A DNA stretch of 63,762 nt, the filler included, from Octopus bimaculoides (taxonomy: Eukaryota), in the NCBI RefSeq assembly GCF_001194135.2. It is 8 parts of 7 records of this genome, joined end to end, with 100 filler letters (N's around TTAATTAATTAA, not from the genome) between each part and the next. Parts side by side here need not be neighbours in the genome. Positions count along the whole stretch, not along the records: positions 41,499 to 57,055 come from NC_068987.1; 7 more parts are not named here. One strand, given 5' to 3'. The notes beneath the pieces were generated by a model, which worked only from the letters and a program-made list of their open reading frames with translations, was not told the origin of the DNA and ran no database searches. The position numbers and the translations under genes are program-made. Each line of letters opens with the position of its first letter. Position 1 is the stretch's first letter. This document shows positions 43,573-53,856 of the stretch, one piece after another.

Positions 43573-43890
43573 GCCCAGACCGGGCGTTGTGAGTGTTTAT
43601 TGAGCGAAAACACCTAAAGCTCCACGAGGCTCCGGCAGGGGATGGTGGCGAACCCTGCTGTACTCTTCCACCACAACTTTCTCTCACTCTTTCTTCCTGT
43701 TTCTGTTGTACCTGTAATTCAAAGGGTCAGCCTTGTCACACTGTGTCACACTGAATATCCCCGAGAACTACGTTAAGGGTACACGTGTCTGTGGAGTGCT
43801 CAGCCACTTGCACGTTAATTTCACGAGCAGGCTGTTCCATTGATCGGATCAACTGGAACCCTCGACGTCGTAAGCGACGGAGTGCCAACA
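43573..43890 (+). mobile_element. SINE family A (5' end in gap)
   Basis: High identity to ~46810-47125. Confidence 0.88.
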
Positions 43891-44275
43891 TGTATGTATG
43901 TATGTTTTATGTATGTATTCTCATGCATATAGCTACATATCTAGACATTATCATATATATCTAAGTAATAAACTTCTGGAAAGTCTTACAGAGTTTAACA
44001 GTTCCAGTGATGGATTGGATCTGTAGTCTTCGAATTGGCTTTCTCTTTGCTGGTTTTGAGAAGCCTAATTTCTCAAGATTGGTATTTAGGTAGTGTGTTA
44101 CATATCCCAGGGTCCCAATAATTACAGGTATAAACCTGAACTTGTAATCTCGATAGAGTAACTGCAGATTTTTCAATAGTTCAGCATAGGTGTTCCCTTT
44201 TTCACTGATCTTCAGCTTTACGTTAACTTCTGCTGTGCTGCTAATTTCCACAACTCTGCACAGTTTCTCTATCCC
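43890..44275 (-). mobile_element. RLE-type LINE 3' end, subfamily 4, with (CATA)n tail
   Basis: EISSTAEVN..EKGNTYAELL..FIPVIIGTLGYV..SITGTVKLCKTF. Confidence 0.8.
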
Positions 44276-44302
44276 ATGTATCCTATGTACGTATGTATGT
44301 AT

Positions 44303-44590
44303 GCAGTTTTATTTCAAGATTTCTTGTCAATAGAGAAAGAGACGGTTTATAACCTAGATCCATGGCTCCTTTATTGGAATTTCAACATCGACAACAGGGT
44401 ATGTATGCATGTATGTATGTATGTATGTATGTAAGTATGTATGTATGCACGAATGTATTTATGTATGTATATATGTATGTATGTATGCCATTATGTAGTT
44501 GTATTTTTCAAGATTTTTCGCCAATAAAGAGCCGGTTTCTAACCTAGATCTAAGGCCCCTTCACTGGAATTTCAACATCAACAACACAGT
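44303..44590 (-). mobile_element. Two further family G copies separated by (TATG)n
   Basis: ttcaagatttcttg.caata.aga..cggttt.taacctagatc...ggaatttcaacatc repeated. Confidence 0.65.
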
Positions 44591-44599
44591 ATTTTTGTA

Positions 44600-45070
44600 T
44601 GCATGTCTGTATATGTGCAGATATGTATATATGTATGTACGTACGTATGTACGCACGTATGCACGTACGTATGTATGTATGTACGTACGTACGTACGTAC
44701 GTACGTATGTATGTATGTATGTATGTATGTATGTACGTACGTATGTATGTACGTACGTATGTATGTATGTACGTACGTACGTACGTACGTACGTATGTAT
44801 GTATGTATGTATGTACGTATGTATGTACGTACGTATGTATGTATGTATGTACATACGTACGTACGTATGTATGTATGTACATACGTACGTACGTATGTAT
44901 GTATGTATGTATGTATTACGTACGTACGTATGTATGTATGTATGTACGTATGTATATGCGTATGTATGTATGTATGTATGTATGTATGTATGTATGCACG
45001 TATGTATATGCGTATGTATGTACTTATGTCTGTCTGTCTGTATGTATGTCTGTCTGTCCGTATGTATGTA
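44600..45070. repeat. (TATG/TACG)n tetranucleotide array
   Basis: Direct reading. Confidence 0.95.
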
Positions 45071-45214
45071 CGATGGCCACGGGTGGAATAACTTTAATGC
45101 TAGATCGCCTCGACCAGGACAACATTTTATGAGTTTTCATGTAAATGGAGTTCCTTATATGTATGTCTTCATGTGTGAACGTGTTTGTTAATCTGTGTAT
45201 GTGAATGTGTGCGA

Positions 45215-45390
45215 ATGGTGTGTGTGTATGGTGGGGTGTTGGTGTGTGATGGGGTGTTGGTGTGTGTGTGTGTGTATGTGGTGGGGTGCTGGTGTGTGCG
45301 GTGGGGTGTTGGTGTGTGTGTGTGTGTGTATGTGGTGGGGTGTTGGGTGTGTGTGGTGGGGTGTTGGTGTGTGGTGTGGGGTGTGGGTGT
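45215..45390. repeat. GT-rich minisatellite (ggtggggtgttggtgtgtg units) abutting the donor of the transmembrane exon
   Basis: About 6 imperfect units ending ~10 nt from the donor at 45400. Confidence 0.85.
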
Positions 45391-45400
45391 AGATACTTAC

Positions 45401-46284
45401 ATTTGTGTTTGTAGAACGCCCAGCAGTAGGCAAGGAACTTGGTGAATAGGTTGATCGGCGGAGGCGATATAGACTGTTTGTTCATGTTTCTGATTAGTTT
45501 CGCCCGTCCAAACTTCCACTCTGTGTCTGACTGACTCTGGATACGTTGATATGTGTCCGACATCATAGCAATCAGTAAGTTTATTAAGACGATCAACGTG
45601 ACCATCATATAAATACCGAAAATGGCGTCGACTAGTTTGTTGACCCAGCTTAGAGAGTTGGAGAGTAGCGGGAAGCTGTCGCGGTCGACGAGACCGAACA
45701 GCGAGAAGAAGAGAAATTCAAACATATCCATCACCGATATATTCGCGGAAAGATCTCTGTCGTAGACTGGTTGGTAAATGGCTACCAGGTGGAAGCTGAA
45801 ACCAACCATGAAGAGAAGTAAAATCACAAGGAATTTGATCAAGTCTTTGATGAGATCGTGGATGATCACGCCCCAGGGACCAAATAAGTGATGGAAGGAG
45901 AAAAACTCTAGTAGCTGTACGAAACCAAGGAGCATGCCAAAAGCGAGGAACTGGTTCCTGATGTAGAGGTACACACGCAGATCTTCGCCGCTGTAGATGG
46001 AGAGGACGATGGCCAGCAAGTGTACGAGTAGTCCGATAGCGCAGACGACCAAGGTTATAATTCGGATCCAGCCAAGACCAGCCCTGTCGGCTGGGTTGGT
46101 GATTTCGGAGACTAGAAGACCAGACAACCAGGCTAGTAGAATCCACTCGTACCAGAAAGGGATGAGACTTGGAGATACCGAAATTGGTTTGATTGGTAAC
46201 ACGACTGTGATGGTGAAGAGTGCCAAGAGATAAAGATGAGATATGAGATAAGCCATAAATTTGATGATCGGGGTTTTGGCGTAC
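45401..46284 (-). CDS. nompC: TRPN/NompC exon encoding S1-S6, pore and TRP box, 884 nt, phase 2-1
   Basis: Polypyrimidine acceptor tttcactttcgtcaAG, donor GTaagt (45400). Contains TPIIKFMAYLISH, SFHHLFGPW, FEFLFFSLFG and VLINLLIAMMSDTYQRIQSQSDTEWKFGRAKLIRNM, which are TRPN-family motifs. Confidence 0.95.
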
Positions 46285-46742
46285 CTTGACGAAAGTGAAA
46301 GGAAAAACAGAAAATAAATCATTAGTACGATTATAATCTTTCAGACTGTTACTGATTTCAAATTTTGGCACAAGGCCTACAATTTCGTGGGAGGAGGAAA
46401 GTCGATTATATCAACTCTAGTAATCAACTGGTACTTATTTTATCGCCCCCGGAAGGATGAAAGGCAAAGTCGATCTTGGTGAAATTTGAACTCAAAACAT
46501 AAATACGGCCTAAATCCCGCTAAGAACTTTTTGCCGGTGTGCTAACGGATCTGCCAGCTCGCTGCCATCTTCCAGAGTGTTATTAACCTCCTCTCCAGAG
46601 ATAAAATTTTTCCAATATTTACACGCACACAACGTTTCAAACGATTTGACCAGCGATCGTCATAAGGTTGTCTTATACATACATACGACTTTATACATAC
46701 ATACTGCTGTGCCTTAATAATATAAAGGATAAGAGTGTTACT

Positions 46743-47126
46743 GTGGAGGCGCAATGGCCCAGTGGTTAGGGCAGCGGACTCGCGGTCATAGGATCGCGGT
46801 TTCGATTCCCAGATCGGGCGTTGTGAGTGTTTATTGAGCGAAAACACCTAAAGCTCCACGAGGCTCCGGCAGGGGATGGCGGCGAACCCTGCTGTACTCT
46901 TTCACCACAACTTTCTCTCACTCTTACTTCTTGTTTCTGCTGTGCCTGTAATTTGAAGGGCCAGCCTTGTCACACTGTATCACGCTGAATGTCCCCGAGA
47001 ACTACGTTAAGGGTACACGTGTCTGTGGAGTGCTCAGCCACTTGCACGTTAATTTCTCGAGCAGGCTGTTCCGTTGATCGGATCAACTGGAACCCTCGTC
47101 GTCGTAAGCGACGGAGTGCCGACAAT
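46743..47126 (+). mobile_element. tRNA-derived SINE, family A, full length with TSD
   Basis: tRNA-like head ggcgcaatggcccagtggttagggc..ggtttcgattccc (A/B boxes); 10-bp TSD gagtgttact at 46733-46742 and 47127-47136. Confidence 0.9.
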
Positions 47127-47641
47127 GAGTGTTACTACCGTTATTAGTTTGGAAATAACAATTCCTTGTTGTTACCAAGTTCTGTACCATGTATGTATCT
47201 AGGAATTAAGACACCCGATGACGACCAGAGATCAAACCGATCAGAATGCCGTGTAGATGTGAATATTGAAAAATAAATTTCATCGCTAAAGATGACGTTA
47301 ATAATCTGATAAATTCTAATTGCATCGAGAATGGCAAAGAAAAGATCTGTGAGAAACCTAGCTGTTTGATTAACCGGACGATTGATCAAACAAGCGATCA
47401 GTTAATTGGTTAAATAGTTAGTTACCTGACAAATAAAAAGTAAAGAAATGAAATAGAACCAGTGCGTGCAATCATTATTGGCATAATGACCGTCCCGAAA
47501 TATAACAAAATTAACAACTAGCTCTAACGCTTAATAAATGGTTACTTACCTTTCTTTATCATGTTCATTCTCTTGTTTGCCTCGCATGCTTTTTTTTCAC
47601 AATGATTAAGCTGACTTAAAAAGGGATGGGGGTGGGGGAAC

Positions 47642-47955
47642 TGGCACTCCGTCGGTTACGACGACGAGGGTTCCAGTTGATCCGAACAACGGAACAGCAT
47701 TCTCGTGAAGTTAATGCGTAAGTGGCTGAGCACTCCACAGACACACGTACCTTTACCATAATTCTGAGGGAGATTCAGCGTGACACAGAATGTGACGAGG
47801 CTGGCCCTTTTGAATTACAGGTACCACTCATTTTTGCCAGCTGAATAAACTGGAGTAATGTGGAATAAAGTGTCTTGCTTAAGGACACAACACGCTGCCG
47901 GGAATCGAACTCAGATGCTTACGATCGGGAGCCGAACACCCTAACAGCTCTCCTA
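47642..47955 (-). mobile_element. Hybrid SINE: different tRNA head and CORE-like middle, family A tail
   Basis: Tail shared with family A; middle tgtccttaagcaagacactttattcc..cagctggcaaaaatgag. Similar decayed copies at ~17575-17895 (-) and ~18240-18410 (+). Confidence 0.75.
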
Positions 47956-48133
47956 ACCCAATCGAAACAGATTTTATATACATCTATATCGANNNNNNNN
48001 NNNNNNNNNNNNNNNNNNNNNNNNNNNNNNNNNNNNNNNNNNNNNNNNNNNNNNNNNNNNNNNNNNNNNNNNNNNNNNNNNNNNNNNNNNNNNNNNNNNN
48101 NNNNNNNNNNNNNNNNNNNNNNNNNNNNNNNNN

Positions 48134-48865
48134 NGTGGGGTCGATGTAATCGACCGTCTGCTCCCTCAAAGATTACTGGTTATTGTGCCAAAATTTGAAT
48201 TAAATACTATTATAAAGGCGGTGCTAAGGTGGCGAACTGGCAGAATCGCGAACATGCCGAGCGAAATGCTTAGTGGTATTTCGTCTGCCGTTACGTTCTG
48301 AGTTCAAATTCCGCCGAGGTCGACTTTGCCTTTCATCCTTTCGAGGTCGATTAAATTAAGTACCAGTTACACACTGGGGTCGATGTAATCGACTTAATCC
48401 ATTTGTCTGTCCTTGTTTGTCCCTTCTATGTTTAGCCTCTTGTGGGCAATAAAGAAATAAGAATCGTTAGCACGCCGGAGAAAATGCTTCGCAGCATTTC
48501 GTCCGTTATTACGTACGTTCTGAGTTCAAATTCCGCCGAGGTTGACTTTGCCTTTCAGCTTTCGGGGTCGATAAAATAACTACCAATTGAGCACGGGGGT
48601 TGATGTAATCGACTTATACTTTTCCTGAAATTGCTGGCCTAGTGCCAAAAATTGAAACCATTATTATTCGGGCGATGAACTGGCAACACCGGGCAAATTT
48701 CTTGGCTGCATTTCTAATTTCTGAGTTCAAATACTGCCAAGGTCATCCTTGCTTTTCATCCTTTCGTGTTTGATGAAATAAATTCCAGTCGAGCCCTAGG
48801 AACGATGAAATCGATTGGCCCTTTCCCTCAAAATTTCAGGCCTTGTGATTATAAGAGAAAGAATT
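48134..48865 (+). mobile_element. Tandem cluster of ~4 family C SINE units
   Basis: Repeated ttctgagttcaaattccgccgaggtcgactttgcctttcatcctttc..gtcgat..taagtacc..ctggggtcgatgtaatcgact core. Confidence 0.85.
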
Positions 48866-48982
48866 ATCTTGCATCCTATATATTCCCACTTCATCACTTC
48901 GTCTTTATGCTGTCCTAATTAACTGTATGTAACTATACTCTACCGCAGCTCTCCCCATCTAATTTTGCCCCACGGACCGGTT

Positions 48983-49381
48983 GTTGTTGTTGTGTTGGCA
49001 CTTCCGTCGCTTAACGACGACGTCGAGGGTTCCAGTTGACTCGATCAACGGAACAGCCTGCTCGTGAAATTAACGTGGAAGTGGCTGAACACTCCACAGA
49101 CACGTGTACCCTTAACGTAGTTCTCGGGGAATATTCAGCGTGACACAGTGTGACAAGGCTGACCCTTTGAATTACAGGCACAACAGAAACAGGAAGAAAG
49201 AGTGAGAGAAAGTTGTGGTGGAAGAGTACAGCAGGGTTCGCTACCATCCCCTGCCGGAGCCTCGTGGAGCTTTAGGTGTTTTCGTTCAATAAACACTCAG
49301 AACGCCCGGTTTGGGAATCGAAACTGCAATCCTAGTACCACGAGTCCGCTGCCCTAATCACTGGGCCATTGCGCTTCCACA
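48983..49381 (-). mobile_element. SINE family A, full length with TSD
   Basis: 11-bp TSD acggaccggtt at 48972-48982 and 49382-49392; (CAA)n tail. Confidence 0.9.
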
Positions 49382-49514
49382 ACGGACCGGTTATATTCAC
49401 ATAATTTCTCCACAGACCTAGGGGATCATGCGCAGAACAAAACACGATAACGTACACAATAGATAATTTAATTATTACTCATATAATAGATAATTTAATT
49501 ATTACTCATATAAT

Positions 49515-49960
49515 ACAGGTGTGGCTGTGTGGTAAGAAGCTTTATTCCCAACCGCATGGTTCTGGGTTCGGTCCTATTGCATGGCAATTTGGGTAAGTGT
49601 CTTCTGCTATAGTCTCGGGTCGACCAAAGCCTTGTGAGTGGATTTGGTAGACGGAAACTGAAAGAAGCCCGTCGTATATATGTGTATATGTATGTATATA
49701 TATATATGCATGTTTGTCTTTGTGTTTATCGCTCACCACCGCTTGACAACCTGTGTTGGTGTGCTTACGTCTTTGTAATTTAGCGATTCGGCAAAGAAAA
49801 ACAAAGACAAAAACAAAAAGAAAACAAAACCGATAGAATAAGTACCAGGTTTAAAAAAAATATATTAAGTACTGGGGTCGATTCGTTTGACTAAAATCCT
49901 TCAATGCAGTGCCCCAGCATGGCCGCAGTCAAAATGACTGACACAAGTAAAAGAAAAAAA
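49515..49960 (+). mobile_element. SINE family B, full length
   Basis: Same two-part structure. Other copies or halves at ~4225-4422, 16680-16992, 20745-20992, 23073-23310, 51122-51330, 54393-54770, 56555-56935. Confidence 0.88.
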
Positions 49961-50091
49961 CGGATAAAAGATATAATGCCAAAAACACCCGGCAGACTGC
50001 GACAGTCAATAAAATAGATATAACATTGTCGTGGGGCCTCTGCCTTACATCACCGTACCAAGCCATTCCGGGATCACAGCAATGTTTAAAT

Positions 50092-50369
50092 CAGTGATTC
50101 ACAAACATTTTTTTCTTATGAACCCCTTTGACACCTATTTTTTCTCGGGTGAACTCTCATAGCCATTCGGTGTTTTAAAAAGGTCCTATCGTATTTTTAT
50201 AATTAAATTACGAATTATATATATATAAAATAAACTAGGAATTGTATTAAAAAAAATGCTAAAATGTTTTGTGTGTTGTAGAAGTACGATGAATTTAATG
50301 CATATAAATTTTAACAACAAAATCTTCTATGGACCCCTAAGGGTCATGTGGACTCCTGTTTAGAATTTC
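50092..50369. mobile_element. Related hAT MITE, opposite orientation, ~30 bp from a NompC donor site
   Basis: Begins cagtgattcacaaac; internal gtgaactctcatagccatt matches the reverse complement of aatggctatgagggtccac in the 10353 element. Confidence 0.65.
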
Positions 50370-50401
50370 TTATTAAAAAAAAAAGGATTATTATAACTTA
50401 C

Positions 50402-50553
50402 CTGTGATTAAGAGGTAAAGAGAGTATTAGCCAGACTGGAGGCAGAAGTAGACAGATCAGGAATAATAAAAATATCTGAGCACTTGACCACTCCAAGCTG
50501 CCCATCCAGATGTGAGACAGATGTTGTTGTACGGTTGGATGGGCCACCACAGC
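50402..50553 (-). CDS. nompC: TRPN/NompC exon (pre-S1 helix/elbow), 152 nt, phase 0-2; absent from the ORF track
   Basis: Acceptor ctctctgttgcAG, donor GTaagt (50401). Encodes AVVAHPTVQQHLSHIWMGSLEWSSAQIFLLFLICLLLPPVWLILSLPLNH-R, matching NompC EVIAHTVVQRYLQELWHGSLTW...CPPVW...PMGH. In frame with both flanking exons. Confidence 0.93.
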
Positions 50554-51481
50554 CTGCAACAGAGAGGCGCAGTTTCAGATGAGATTGCTTTGTCAATAAT
50601 AAACAGTTGATATGGAAAATGATGATAAGGTGAATTGTAGGTAAACGCGCGCGTGTATTTGAGAGTCTGTGTATGTTATGTATGTGTATGTGTGTACATT
50701 CATTAGAATCTGAATCTGTTGATCAAAACACTCACATTAAGTATGTGACATTAATATTGTTTATGGTATTAAAGTTGCTTCTGACTCAAAATTTTATATT
50801 ATTTATTTTTAGCACTATTACACATCAGTGGATAGATTTTAAGGCTAATTGCATATATTCCTCAGACCAGAGATTTGAATTCGTTTGGACGGTGGCTCGA
50901 GTATACGGTACTGACGAACTGAAATGACAGCAAAATATCTATAACCACCATTCTCGTTCACCTACAAGGCAAACAGTTTCGGTTGGCTTTGAGATAGTCT
51001 CTTTTAAAACTCGATGTCTTAAAGGCACTTTCCTTTTAAGAAATTCCGCTGCCAATAAGCGTTAAAACAAAACATAACTTACCTGTGATTAAGAGGTAAA
51101 AATGTAGCATCAGTAATGCTTGTAGGAGTGGATGTGTGGTAAGTAGCTTGCTTACCAACCACATGGTTCCGGGTTCAGTCCCACAGCGTGACATCTTGGG
51201 CAAGTGTCTTCTACTATAGCCTCGGGCCGACCAAAGCCTTGTGAGTGGATGTGGTAGACGGAAACTGAAAGAAGCCCGTCGTATATATGTATATATATAT
51301 ATATATATATATGTATGCGCGTGTGTGCATATTGTGTGAACATGTCAATATAGATGCGCGCTGAAGGCCGAATAAAAAAATGGGTGGGTTATGTGCGTGT
51401 GAATATGGACACTGACTCATCAGTGGTATGTAATTAGTCAGAGGTCATACAGTTTCGAAATATCTTTAAAATAATTGAATA

Positions 51482-51510
<29 letters not shown>

Positions 51511-51514
<4 letters not shown>

Positions 51515-51840
51515 GAAATGGAGAAACTTTCAAAATACAAAGACCTGGAAATAGAGGTAACTCGAATGTGGAATCTAAAAACAGAAACAATTCCTATCAT
51601 AGTAGGCGCCATAGGTATAATAGAAAAATATTCAGACAAATGCATAACAAAAACATCAGGACTTACAAATATATATAACATACAGAAAATTGCACTACTG
51701 GGCACTGCACACATCCTACGCAAAACACTTTCAATACAGTAACCATAAGAACATCACAGCAAACCAAAGCACATACCCAAGGCACACAGAGCTGCGCTCG
51801 GTAGTGAAGTGAAAGCACATTATAAAAATAAAACTACTGA
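51511..51840 (+). mobile_element. RLE-type (R4/Dong-like) non-LTR retrotransposon 3' end, subfamily 1
   Basis: EKLSKYKDLEIEVTRMW..ETIPIIVGAIG..IQKIALLGTAHILRKTLSIQ* plus 3' UTR; (AAT)n on both sides. Confidence 0.9.
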
Positions 51841-51860
51841 ATAATAATAATAATAATAAT

Positions 51861-52295
51861 ATTCCAGACAGGTAAGGTGTTAGAGCACCGAAGGCCGGAT
51901 ATAGTAACCTTTAGGAAGGACAAACAAGAGTGCCTAATAATCGATGTGGCAGTGCCAGGAGATCAATATATCATCATGAAAGAAAGAGAAAAGGTTGATA
52001 AATATGGAGACCTGAGAATTGAGATCGCTAAGATGTGGTAGCTACGAAAGTCGAACATAAAGGTTGTGTGTATTGTCATCGGAGCATTGGGTTCAATACC
52101 ACCCAATCTGAAAACCTTAGAAATATCCTACAATCTAGGCGTATTGCAAAAGTCGGTATTACTTGGAGCTGCACGCATATTGCGTGAAGTACTGTCTGTC
52201 TGAGGTCCTTGTTGTGATTTGACAAACAGTACAAAACCCGGTAGACACAATATCTTCAATCAACAACCTCACTATATTGTATACTGTACGATGTC

Positions 52296-52297
<2 letters not shown>
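51861..52297 (+). mobile_element. RLE-type non-LTR retrotransposon 3' end, subfamily 2
   Basis: HRRPDIV..CLIIDVAVPGD..KEREKVDKYGDLRIEI..IVIGALG..LQKSVLLGAARILR (PD..D..K nuclease motif) with stop/frameshift; (AAT)n flanks. Confidence 0.9.
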
Positions 52298-52333
<36 letters not shown>

Positions 52334-52340
52334 TAATAAA

Positions 52341-52895
52341 TGCCCTGATGCAGTACCAGACAGTGGTTCTCATGGCTTCTTATCCTAACTGATTGGAAGT
52401 GTTATCATGTACGTTGTTTTGTCTTGGTATAAAAGATGGGCTACAGCAAATATTCTGCTCAATACCACAGATTTGCTTGTCAGTTGCTTGATCTTAACCA
52501 GTTGAGCATGTCCTTTAGTGGCTGACGATATGTGCATCTTTGATCATGAGCAGAAGTAGTGGTGGAGCATCAGAGCCATGTTTTGAGAGGATTTCTTTGA
52601 GGTTTGAATAATTCGCCTCTGGAAACATGGGTGTTTCGTTCATCCTCCTTAAACAAACCTTATTCAGGGACCCTTTGAGTGGGATAGGCTATTCGACCTG
52701 AAGAAAATTCTAACTGGGCCCCACCTGCGAGGTCATGCACTGTTTATCTTGATATGAGACTACTATGTCGCGCACATATGGTTGTGATGCATGTGCCTGG
52801 TGTACCCTTATCAGACGGGTAGTCATGATGGGTATTCTGGGCTTCGTATATTTTACCCCAGTGTCACTTTGATGGCATGCATGGCTCTCTCATTC
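52341..52895 (+). mobile_element. Non-coding ~555-bp element flanked by (AAT)n (family E)
   Basis: 3' half recurs at ~29255-29518 and the terminal 35 bp at ~53385-53420; in each case followed by (AAT)n. Confidence 0.75.
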
Positions 52896-53004
52896 AATAA
52901 TAAATAAATAATGATAATAATAATAATAATGATAATAATAATATCAACAACAATAACAACAATGATTGTTGTTGTTGTTGTTGCTGCTGTCATTGCTGTT
53001 GTTG

Positions 53005-53380
53005 TTAGGGCGGCAGAAACGTTAGCTTGCCGGCGAGCTGGCAGAAACGTTAGCACGCCGGACGAAATGCTTAGCGGTATTTCGTCTGCCACTATGTTCT
53101 GAGTTCAAATTCCACCGAGGTCGACTTTGCCTTTCATCCTTTCGGGGTCGATTAAATAAGTACCAGTTACGCACTGGGGTCGATATAATCGGCTTAATCC
53201 GTTTGTCTGTCCTTGTTTGTCCCCTCTGTGTGTAGCCCCTTGTGGGCAGTAAAGAAATAAGAAATAAGAAACGTTAGCATGCCGGACAAAATGCTTAGTG
53301 GTTTTTCGTCCGTCTCTACGTTAAGACTTCAAATTCTACCGACATCGACTTTGTCTTTCGTCCTTCGGGGTCAATAAAAT
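53005..53380 (+). mobile_element. Family C SINE plus a truncated second unit
   Basis: Full unit to aaagaaataagaa, then acgttagcatgccgg (second unit). Confidence 0.85.
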
Positions 53381-53417
53381 TTGTACAGTGTCACTTTGAT
53401 GGCATGCACTGCTCTCT

Positions 53418-53455
<38 letters not shown>

Positions 53456-53456
<1 letters not shown>

Positions 53457-53800
53457 TGACTAAAACAATACCTATTGTCATAGGTGCCCTGGGAATGGCA
53501 GCGAAACGGGCTGATTACTGCCTAGCTCAGATACCAGGAAACCCCAAAATGGCTGAAGTTCAAAAGATAGTGCTCATGGGAACTGCCCATATCCTACGTA
53601 AAAAAAAGTCTATGTGATCTCAAATTTTAAAACAAACACAATTTTCTTATGGTTTCTTAAACATTCTCTAGAACAATACTACTTACAAAACCAAATATAT
53701 GGTACCCTAGGCATAACACCTACATGAACTTCTAACTTGTTGTCTCTTGAGGTCTCTGGGTGAGACTTGGATCCAACTTGTACAAATGCAAAGCAAAAGT
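53456..53800 (+). mobile_element. RLE-type non-LTR retrotransposon 3' end, subfamily 3
   Basis: TKTIPIVIGALG..VQKIVLMGTAHILRK; its 3' UTR is near-identical to 1103-1305; (AAT)n flanks. Confidence 0.9.
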
Positions 53801-53856
53801 ATCATAATAACAAAAATAATAACAACAATAATAATAAAACGAAAATCTGTTCTCAC

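Noticed and set aside
46745-46820. tRNA-like sequence (also at 63072, 41556 and heads of family B)
   Set aside because: These are SINE heads continuing into multi-copy bodies with TSDs; no complete cloverleaf.
51410-51426. Other CUGAUGA matches (51410-51426 minus, ~31775 minus, ~34938 plus, ~18052 plus)
   Set aside because: None has a closed stem II followed directly by GAAA; not hammerheads as they stand.
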